Shown here piece by piece: positions 53,761-64,000 of a stretch of DNA of 64,000 bases. The translations under genes were made by a program, and so were the position numbers. Numbering within the stretch: the stretch's first letter is position 1; each line of letters starts with the position of its first letter. The DNA comes from Gnetum montanum (taxonomy: Eukaryota > Plantae > Gnetophyta): contig MNCI01000606.1 of assembly GCA_015680685.1 (NCBI GenBank), forward strand, positions 51,134 through 115,133, written 5' to 3'. A model generated the notes under the pieces. That model saw nothing but the letters and a program-made list of their open reading frames with translations, made no database searches and was not told the origin of the DNA.

Positions 53761-56700
53761 ATAATTTGTAATAAAAAAATCCATTTGAAAATTTAAAAAA
53801 TAAAAAAAAATTATATCATTTAATAAATTGGATGTTAAAAGTAAATGCAATTTTCTTTTCATCTCTATCCAAATATTTTTAGTTTTAATGAATTTTCAAG
53901 GTATATATATTCAAATTTTTATATGCTACTACTAAGTTTTGTAGATTGTTTCTTATCTACAACCTTATTTTCACCCATTTTTCATAACATTTTTGTTTCC
54001 ATAAAATAGCTCCATTGCTCATTTCTAGAAACTATAAGTAAAGATGTGTGATAAAAATATCAATGTAATTAGAGTTTGTGAAATTTTCCATTGATCATAA
54101 GTAAAACAAACAAGCCCATTTATAATGGGATTGATTACATAATCATGTACATAGTAATAATGTTTGTATTAGTTTTTTAGATTTGGTATATTGATTATTG
54201 TTAATTCTTGGCTAACTCATGAAATTTAAAATGTTATATTTAAATTATACTCTAAGTCACAATTACTATATTTAAGGTTGAACTTGGAAACTCTAGATTC
54301 TACAAGCCTAAGTATTTGAAATTTTGTTAATCTTCTGCCATTCTAGGGATATTACATGTAATGTTGCCAAATTCAGTAGGTGATCATTCAAGAGGAACCA
54401 CTACTTCTTTTTCATTTTACAAATTACCTAATGATATATATGAATCTATTACTCAGGAAATTTCTAAAAGGTATGTTTTCATGTAATTTTTGGCTTATTT
54501 ACCTTGTTAATTTTTTGAGTCATTTAAAGTTGGTTGGGAAAGATCAAGGTTTGAATGTTATCCATGCTAGTTATTTTTCTAACTTATCTTTGCTACTAGA
54601 ATTTGTTGATTTGATGATGGTTTCTAAGATCCTTGATATCAGTGTTTTCAATCATTGTCATGCTTTATTGATTATTCGAATGTGGACTCTCTTTTTAATA
54701 AAGCATCCTATTGCGATGGAAAATCTCAGTTGCTAGAAAAACTAAGGATTCTTGGTTGTAGGCAGCCTCAACCTCGAATCCCCTAGGGCCTCTATAGGAA
54801 AAATGGGATTTAGGGTGCCTTGGATGGTTCGATAGATCACCCAAGGACTTAGGAGGGTTGCAAAACAGGGGTAACAAAATAGGGACATGCAAATCTATAA
54901 AGGAATGCACTAAAAATATAACAATTATCTCTGGAATTGTACACAAAATGAAATCGTAAACTTTATTAAATAAACAAAGAATGAGTTCAAAGGGGTGTAC
55001 AAGGTGCCCATGATGGGGGTCAAAGGAGGGTTCACTTGGGTAGGGGTTCAAAGCCCATTGAGGCCATGATCAACTCCACGATCTAGTATCTCTACCACTC
55101 CTGATGCTATCGAACCTCCTTTGTCACCACCTTAGATCTACAATGCTAGTTACCACTAAGGTTAGAAAAATGTGAATGATTAGGATGGCCAAAGTGCACC
55201 ATGTTGGGACTTGGGGATCTCAGGGAGTAACATTGATACCCAAAGTACATAGATCCTAAGGGGGGTAACAAGTTGCAAAGGTTCCACATTGCTAGGCACC
55301 AAGAAGCTATGTTTTTGCTAAGGAAGCAAGAGCTCTTCGATGTCAAAATGCCAAGGGTGCTAAATTGCCAAAGTGTGGAACATTAACATGGTGCCAAGGT
55401 TTGGTTTTTATAGGGTTATGGCCATGATTTGGACTACAAATTGGCTATAAATGGCTGATTTATTGGTTGCAAATTGGCTGCCAAATTGCTAAAAATTAGC
55501 TACCATGTTCAAGGGTTAGGTGAGATCCACTCCCATGCATCCTAACTATCTAGCTCCCTCCATGCTGTCTAACTCCCTCTATCCTAACTAGCTAACCCCT
55601 CCCCCACTAGGGAGAGAGTGTCAACATTGGGGGGATGGGTGGTCAACTCTGGGGGTGAAGGTCAACTCCTCTAGGCTAGGTCACTTCCCTTTTTACACTA
55701 GGAATAGGTGAGTTCTACCCCCTTGCACTCCTCTTTACTAGCCTTGAAGTCTCCTAGTTGGCTTACCTCATTGTAGGGGGTGTGTCAACGTAAAGAAATG
55801 TATACCCCCATAAAACACATCAAATTGCCATGTTTGGCATTCTAAAAGGAATTTTTGACTTTCCTAGCCCAAATACAAATAGTAGATGACTTCATTCACT
55901 TGGGGAATAAGGCTTTGATCACTTATGAAGCATTTTTTAGCCCCAAAAGTATGAAACATGTGAGATTTCCCCTTTATGGATTACAACCTTCATATTTATA
56001 ATAAAATATTACCTCAAGTTTCATGGGATCGGATTACATAGGTTTCAACATGCAAATTTGGTGGTGTTTCATTGGTCCCTCCTTGTTGGTGTCTAGAGGA
56101 TTGACTTGAGAGGCACTGACAAAGAATACAAAACACCACTGTAAGTCCACCATCGATGCTTCCTCTTCATGCTTGATCCAATTGTGCCAAACCATGTCAA
56201 AGATTTCTTGTGATGATGGAATTGGGCTATGATGAAGGAATGATAGTAGTAATTAGGAAGATGGTCATGGAAGCTAGCAATGAATTCCAAGTGTTGCCAC
56301 CATGGCTTGGCTATAGTGTGATACTGACATATTTTGAAGTGTTGGTTGCTTGGCAACTATGTTTGAGGAACCAACCACTTCTTTCTAAGAGCTTTTAGCC
56401 ATTGGGCTTTGAGGCTTCTTTGGCCATTTGGCTCCTTAACAATTTGCTTTTCCTGTTGCTCTTTTTTTTTTTTTTTTTTTTTGTAGGATGAAACCTTCAT
56501 TAGGTTTCATTGCCAAGGCCAGTTTAACATAGTTTCCCTATTAAATGAGTTGCATTATACTCAATAGTCTTGAGAGTTATCCCATTGAATGAGATGTGTT
56601 ATGCTTGATGGACTTAATGGTTTTTCCACTAAATGAATTATGTTACTTTCATGTGGACTTGAAGATGGAGCATGTTAAGGGCATATCATATGGCTATAGT

Positions 56701-57029
56701 GCATGAGTGGCAAACATGAGTTAACATTGTTACTCAAGGTATGGAAGGCTATAATCAAGCTACGAGGCTTGGCTCAAGGAGTTGTGCTAGAGGGAGGATG
56801 ATGGTACAAGTATTATTGACATAGCAAGACAAACTCACCAAATCTTGCATATCAAGGTCATGTGATGATTTTCTATCATAATGAGTTGCATCCTTGCAAT
56901 GGCCCCATGCTTCATCCTACAAAAAAAACTCTAAAGGAATATGAAAAATAAGCAAACAAATCATGTTAAATAGTTACAATGCAAATATAGGCCACATGGA
57001 GAATAAAACCAAGCACCCAGGTCACCAAT

Positions 57030-57270
57030 GTTGTCAATTTAAGGCCATGGTGGGTCATGGTACCAGTTTAAAGCCTTGTTAGGCTATGGTGCTAGTTTAA
57101 GGCCTTGACAAGCCATGGTATTACCAGTCTTAAGCCCTACCAAGCCATGGTGTTACTAGTTTTAGGCCTTAGTAGGCCATGTTGTTATCAATTTTAGGCC
57201 TTGGCAGGTCGTGTTATGAGTTTAAGGCCTTGACAGTCTATGTTGCCGGTTTAAGGCCTCGATAGGCCAT
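57030..57270. repeat. ~31 bp tandem repeat array in the 3' UTR of T2
   Basis: About 8 degenerate units ggtgttaccagttt(t)aggccttgacaagccat. Confidence 0.85.
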
Positions 57271-57303
57271 TTTAAAGTAGGCTCACTTGTTGATGACCAT
57301 CAG

Positions 57304-60300
57304 CTACATGTAATATGGCTTTAGATAGGAATCACTAACCAAATTGACCAGCTCATTCCCATCCATGGTGGCTATTCTAAACAGTTCATTATCATAGGCT
57401 TTGATGACCAAGAAGGACCCTTCCCAATTGGTTGAGAATTTATCTGCATGCTCATAGATAGCTTTGAGGACTATGTCACCTTCCTTGATCTTACGCTTGG
57501 TCAAGTTATGGTGGTGTTTCTATTTCTACCTCTCTTGATAATGTTCAATGTGAGCAAGCGCTTGCATACGTTGCTCCTCCACCAAGTCTAAGACCATTAT
57601 CTACAACTCCTTATTTTTCTCATCACTGATGAAGTTAGTCAAGGCTACTTGAAGTGATAACACCTATAATTCAAGAGGTAAAACAGCTTTAGAACATAAA
57701 CTAGGCTATAAGGAGTTGCTCTAGTTGTTGTGTGATAAGTCATTCTATAGGCCCATAGCACATGTACAAGCTGCTCATGCTAGTTACACTTACTATTATT
57801 GAGCATCTTCTTTAATAAGTTGATGATGGCCTTGTTACTTGCCTCTAATTTTTCGTTAGCGTGAGGATAATAAGATGATGAGAAAGAATGCTTAATGCCC
57901 AGGTTGTGATAGAAATCTTTTGTTTCATGTCTACTAAATTGTGGTCCATTATTTGTAACTATGATCATGGGTATGCCAAAATAGGCTATAATGCTATCTA
58001 AGATAAATTTGAAAACTTTTTCAGATGTAGTCTTTCTTAAAGAAATAGCCTCAACTCACTTTGTAAACTATTCAATTGCAGTGATGATGAAGCTATGGCC
58101 TATAGAAGACTTGGGTGTTATAGGTCCAATGATATACAATCCCCATCATTGAAATGACCAGGTGATCTGAGTGGTATGTAACTTCGTCGGTGATATGTGT
58201 ATAAGGTTACTATGTCATTGGCATGTATCACAATGCTTAATCTTTTGCATGCAATCACTTTTCATATGGGGCCAATAATATCCTAATCACCTAATGTTAG
58301 CAACTATAGCTCTTGGTCCTTTATGTCCCCTACAAACACCCTTGTAAACCTCCTCTAGGACTATTCTAGCTACAAACACCCTCATGTTACTTCCTACGAT
58401 GACATATTGATTTGATATTTTTTATACAACGTCCTTTTGGGTAGTAGTCAGGCCTTGAGAAGACTTACCATGACTAAGGTAAACTTTGATATTGTCATAC
58501 CACTCCCTAGTAGGAGCAATATGGACAACAGCTGCAAAGGTATCTTCAGTGTTCTATGCAATGGGAATAGTATAGTCCATGGTTAAGGTGGGAAATTTAT
58601 TAAACACATCTAGTGTCACACTGAGAGCTAATGTTGTAATTACATCAGCTATGACATTCTCGTTCCAACGTATGTGCTGGATATCAACATTTGCAAACTA
58701 TTGTAACAGTTGTTTCCCTAGGTCATAGTATGGTTGTAAATGTTTGGCTTTACATGCATAGACTTTCATTACTTGGTTAACCACAAGTTGGAAATCACCT
58801 TTAATCACTAAACATCTAATTCCTAGCTCATAAGCTACCATCATTCCCCTGATCAAACCCTTGTACTCCGCTATGTTGTTGGTACACGGAAACTCAAAAT
58901 GATAGGTGAAGAACTGGATTTGACTAGATCAAAATGTTATGATGGTAGCAACACTAGCCCCATGGGTAGTTAAAGCTTCATCAAAGTGCATGACCACCTC
59001 ATAACCCTTAGGCACTTGGCCAATAATAGTAATATGCTCATCAGGGATCTCAGGATCTATGGCTACTTGGTCATCAACAGGTCAAATTGTGAGCTGCACA
59101 GCTATAGCTTGACCTTTCATTGAGAATTGAGAGATGTAGTGAAGGTCAAACTTTGTGGTTATGGCTTTCCATCATGCTACGCGACCACTCTCATAGATAT
59201 TGGTAATTATGGTTGTGAGCACATTATCTTTGCAAATGACATTGACTTGGCTTTTGAAGAGGTAGTGTCTCCACTTCATCAATGAGAAGACTAGTGCTAA
59301 ACAATACTTCTTCACTTTAGTGTATCGAGTTTCGTGGGCAACTAATGCATGGCTAAGATAGTACACTGGCATTTCCGCTACATCATCATGTTTTTGACAA
59401 AGTAGAGAGGTGATGGATGTGTCAAAGATGGCTAGGTAGATGTAAAAAGGTCTATCCTCTTGTGAATGATAGATCATCTGTAGTTGTATCAACTCTTACT
59501 TAAGTTTTTTAAAGACCTCTTGGCATTGAGTTGCCCACTCATAGTGAATCCCTTTCTTAAGCAAGTGTTGCATGGGTTGTAATTTATCTGTAAGCCTAGC
59601 AATAAGCCTACGAATAACTTGCAATATACCTTGCAACCCCCAAAGCTCCTTAAGGTTGGAAGGTGCTACTAACTTGGATATGGCTTTAACTTTATTAAGA
59701 TCAACATGTATCCCTATTTAAAATACCATAAAGCCAAGCATCTTATCGATCTTGACATCAAAGACACAGTTCTTGGGATTGAGCGTAAGCTCATATTTGA
59801 GGCACCATTTAAGCACAAGATCTAGGTCATTAGCATGGTCACTAGCCTCTTGGGACTTAACAACTATGTCATCCACATAATCATTAAGCAAACCTAGCAT
59901 ATAATCATTGAAGATATAAGTCATGGTTCGTTGATAGATTGCTCTTACATTCTTAAGGCCAAAGGACATCATAGTATAACAAAATGTCCCCCGAGAGGTC
60001 ATGAAAGTTATGCTAAGTTAGTGCTTTAGGTTGATCCTAATTCAGTTGTATCCCAAGAATCCATACATAAAGGACAATAAGGCATGTTCAGTCATGGTAT
60101 TGATAAGCTAATCAATACTAGGCAACAAGAAGTCATCCTTGATAGTTGCTTTATTTAGGTCTTGAAAATTGATGCAAATACAAAATCTCCCATTCTTCTT
60201 AGGGACTACCATTATGTTGAAAATCCATTTTGCATACTTAATAGTCCTAATGAAACTAGCTTGGTAGAGCTTTGAGATCTCATCGTNGATAGTCCTAATG

Positions 60301-60799
60301 AAACTAGCTTGGTAGAGCTTTGAGATCTCATCGTGAATTGCCAAGGCCAAATCAAGTCTTATCTTTGATACTTTTTGCTTAACTGGTCTAATGCTAGGGT
60401 CTAGTATGATGTTATGTTGTACTAAGCATGGGTTTAGGCTTGGCATATGTTCATATGGCTAGGCAAAGACCTTATTATTGCCTTGTAGGACCTTGGTGAT
60501 GTCTTGAGCTTGTTGAGGCTTCAGTGAGAAACTTATTTTAAGGGCTTTCTCCTCACCACTATGTGTCAGGATAGGAATCTCAACTAAAGAGTCTTTGGTT
60601 ATGTCGCCCACCTCTAAGTCAACGGTTTTGACTAGGTTTTCAGGCCACTCTAAAGGTTTCTCTATTGAGGCTATGCAGTTGACAAGACTCTTAGGCTTAA
60701 GATCTAGGCAATCAGGGTCAATATAGCGTTCTACATCACTATGAGGCCCACTTAGACTTAAAGTAGATTGATCAGCTCCTAGGTACTCATACTTTGATC
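57304..60799 (-). pseudogene. pol: Decayed Tat/Ogre pol of T2: RT-RH-aRH-INT
   Basis: RT (MSFGLKN, YVDDIVVKS), RH (59172-59492), aRH (FPCTNNIAEYKGLI ~58855-58895), INT (TNNGPQF, YYPHAN; NWEGSF). Confidence 0.93.
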
Positions 60800-62248
60800 C
60801 TGCATGTCAACCAAAAGCATATTAAGTGGCACATGGGTAAAAATTAATAATCAATGTTGAAATGCTGTAAAATCATGCAAATACGTTCTCTTCTAGTGCA
60901 AACAAGGTCATCCAAGACTATAAATAAGGTAAAAGCAAGCAAAAAAAAGTGCAAATAGGGGCCAAGTAAAGGTCAAACAAAAGAATAAGGTTGCAGTCAG
61001 CAAGGGTCATGGTTTTGCGAGTTTTAGGCCTTGGTAGGCCATAACGCCATGGTGGCAAATAGTGGTCAGGGAAGGTTAAACCCCACTATTTAATACTAAT
61101 TAAAGGCTAAATAGATAAAGAAAGTATAAGGCTATAAGAAGGTTATCAGGGTCAACAATGCAACATAAGGCTAAAAACAAGTTAAAACATCAAGCAAAGC
61201 ATGCCACATATGGTCAAACATGACTAATATAGGTCAAAATAAGTTGGGTTTTGCCAATTTTAGGCCTTAGTGGGCCATGGTTTAGGGTTGTAGGGCTATT
61301 AGATGGTTTGGGCATCAATTAGGGTTGTTTGGGCCTAGAAAACATGATAGTTTTAAAGCTTCTACGTTGAGACCTCCTTATTTCGACACTGAGCCCCCCT
61401 CCAAGGGGGTATGTTAAAGTGGAGGATTCTAAAGGGTTGAGTTTTGATGAATTTTGGTCAATTTTGGACATGCATGTGCATTCCTAGGTTACGAGTGTTG
61501 TTGGGCATAGTTTCACCTGTTGTTGGGCATTACCCGGTTACCAGTGTTGTTGCCCTGATTCCCATCAGCGTACCTTAACCGTGGAAAACCCATCCCTGAT
61601 TCCCGGATANATTGCCCAAGATCAAAAGTTGGCACCAATAACCCTATGAATAAAAATTATGGTTTATACTTTGTGCAAAAATTAGGGCTGCAGTTTGCTC
61701 TACTAGAGTATAAATGAATTGGATTGAGAGAATGTATGCAAAGGTAGACAAGGAAGAAGCAAAACAATGTTGTCAATCAGCTCTGTAATTTAAAGGAGAA
61801 ATAGTTTACATGCAGATTTTGAAAAAAATTTCAACAAAACACAAGAAACATTTGCTTGGACGTGCTGCTGTCGAAGAAATGGTGCACTGCCGAAGCTTTC
61901 GAGCAAAGGGACGAAAACGGACTTAGCGAGGGAGGCAATGGCGCGACGGAGGAACAACAACCACGAGAATGGCAACCGGAGCAGAAACGGGAAGAAACGA
62001 GCAGAAATGCGACGGATTTTGGAGAGCGCTTTCGGGCAAAACCGGAAACACGACGGATTTCAGGGTTTACATGACACCCATTTTTTAGCGTCCCATACAT
62101 GATGGGCATGCCGTGGGGCAGGCCATGGCCATGGCCATGGGTTGATGCGGATCCGCTATGGGCACGTATGGTATGCCATACAATAACATACCTCATTCAT
62201 GGCCTAACAGGAACAAAAATATTGCAACTTGCCTCCTATGGCTCAGTT

Positions 62249-62500
62249 GCTGCTGGCGTTTCACATGAATTTATTACCGCAGACGAATAACCATTCCTAC
62301 TGCCACTACTCGTCGAACGGTATTACTTTTAAGCTGCTGGCGTTTCACATGAATTTATTACCGCAGACGAATAACCATTCCTACTGCCACTACTCGTCGA
62401 ACGGTATTACTTTTAAGCTGCTGGCGTTTCACATGAATTTATTACCGCAGACGAATAACCATTCCTACTGCCACTACTCGTCGAACGGTATTACTTTTAA
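62249..62500. repeat. Three identical 84 bp tandem units
   Basis: gctgctggcgtttcac...ggtattacttttaa starting at 62249, 62333 and 62417. Confidence 0.95.
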
Positions 62501-63666
62501 TGTTGTCGCTTTACTTTCTTCGGTACTCAGTAGCGACATATCTTAACCGACGTATCTTACCCAACCTTTTTCGTCTATCTGTTGAATCAGCGTACCTTAA
62601 CCGTGGAAAACCCATCCCTGATTCCCGGATAGAGGCTCAACGATGTTTATTCACTTCTACCTTTTTAACTGCTGAAATGGTGTTGGATCGAGCCATAGGT
62701 ATGGAGACGTGGCAAATCACGAGAGGCTTCTGAGTTTGCATTGGAGTTCATGAGTCTTGTCCGCTGGGCTGTGCTTGTTGGCTTTTAAGTATTTCTTTCA
62801 AGTATTAAAGCAGAATATACGATTTCCAATACTGTTTTATGGCAATTATTCCCGTTATTGGATATGGGTAAGCGCGCTCGGAAAGCAAGAAAACACGAAA
62901 GGTCCATTTGCTCGACGCATTACCCTGCTTGGTTGCCAATGAGATGAGATGGGATGGGACTTGGCACTAGCCAGCTGTCTGTAAGAGCAGCAGCAACAGC
63001 CGCCTCTGCACCTAAGGCTACCGCTATGCCTCAACGTGCATGCCGTGCACAAGTATGCCGCCATCATCATCATCAAGTTGTAAATTTTTAAAAAAATTTA
63101 TAAGAGGAATTTTAGAACTAGTTTGATAAATTCAAGGGGTATTAGTGGATGTAAGTAAAAATTTCAGTTTTAATATACTCGTTTAGAATGAGCCTGTGAC
63201 TTGTACATGTCAAACCACACTTTACATGAGCAGTACATCACTAACAAATCACCTTTGATTATAATGCTTTCATGCTTCTATATTTGTTGTGCAAGCTTGT
63301 CTAAAGAATCCCAAAAAGTCATCTTAACATGATCACTCAAACCAACCTAACGTGCATAGAAACTTAAAATATTAATTTTTGTTACAATTTGTTTCTTATT
63401 TTTAATTATTGCAGTCATTTTTATTTAGAAAGAGTTTTCTTTTTCTCTTTACAAAAAACACTTTAGTAAGAAGTGAAAATCTACAAGGGTATTTTTAATT
63501 GAGGGCAAGGCTTCCTTTTCTTTCCCTAGAGGAAAGGTTTTTCAAGATTTATTGTAAGAGTGAAAGTTTGAAAAAGCATCCTAAAATTGTTGGTCTTGCT
63601 CTTTAAACTCTCTCATCTATGTTGATCATTTGAATTTTCTTTAATTATTATTCATTCTTTTGGGTT

Positions 63667-64000
63667 TGATGAGTGGCGAGGTACCCCTACACTCAACCAT
63701 ACGAATACGAGCGTTACACACACAATCGGTTGAACGCCGCTGATGAGTGGCGAGGTACCCCTACACTCAACCATACGAATACGAGCGTGCACGCACGATC
63801 CGGTCGAACTCCGCAGACTAAATGCCTTAACACCACAAGAAACACTTGGGGTTAATCGTTCGTTGTCTTCCCAGGCTTGCTTGTAAGTGTCACGGTGTAT
63901 GGTTAAGCAAGTCTGAGGTATGTGATTTTTTTGGCATTTTTTGGGTTATCTTCTATGCTATCAAAGGAAAGGGTTGAGAAACTAAGCTAACTCTAACTAA
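63667..64000 (-). repeat. Young (CpG-intact) LTR end of the D/E Athila-like family, with a duplicated terminus; runs off the window
   Basis: tgatgagtggcgaggtacccctac.. at 63667 and 63741 aligns with 33686 ff. and with the reverse complement of 25800-25965. Confidence 0.85.

Larger units (their letters stand above)
54756..61370 (-). mobile_element. Tat/Ogre element T2, 3' part (intron end, pol, 3' UTR repeats, probable LTR ~54756-55900)
   Basis: Pol domains as listed separately; LTR-like region with minus-strand TATA at ~55405-55413. LTR boundaries are uncertain. Confidence 0.65.

Noticed and set aside
57030-57270. CRISPR-like ~31 bp periodicity
   Set aside because: Degenerate head-to-tail units without unique spacers, in a retrotransposon 3' UTR.
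60241-60334. 46 bp tandem duplication inside RT
   Set aside because: Exact copies separated by a single N (60287), the signature of an unmerged contig overlap.
62249-62500. 84 bp repeats as a CRISPR array or a repeat protein (ORF 62229-62546)
   Set aside because: Units are contiguous and identical with no spacers and no cas genes; the ORF stays open only because 84 is divisible by 3; possibly an assembly artefact.
63100-63666. MITE/Mutator terminal inverted repeat
   Set aside because: aagggtattttt-like words are present but no matching inverted partner or TSD was found.

Overview
AT-rich land-plant nuclear DNA made almost entirely of old, nested, decayed retrotransposons. The TE style suggests a large, heavily methylated genome such as a gymnosperm, but that is inference. 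No intact host gene, RNA gene or CRISPR array is supportable. From left to right: (1) a minus-strand Tat/Ogre-type Gypsy element (LTR 1-585+7279-8127, pol 9380-12701, protease 18340-19440) whose ~5.6 kb PROT-RT intron appears to hold an antisense multi-exon ORF; (2) inserted in its LTR, a complete SIRE-like Copia element with gag + ORF2 but no pol (A, 586-7278); (3) two related Athila-like elements lying tail to tail (D 19450-25965 +, E 25966-34556 -); (4) a second, 5'-truncated copy of the pol-less SIRE-like family (B, 36371-50589), flanked by a ~660 bp direct duplication and interrupted by an internally deleted tRNA-Asn-primed Gypsy element (C, 40026-48836); (5) a truncated RTE LINE, a possible host micro-exon, and a second Tat/Ogre pol; (6) a CpG-rich patchwork and a young copy of the D/E LTR at the end. 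The most interesting pattern is that each element's LTR palindromic motif array recurs just upstream of its extra ORF2 and varies by family. Several exact short duplications next to N characters are probably assembly artefacts. Coordinates of decayed ORFs are approximate.
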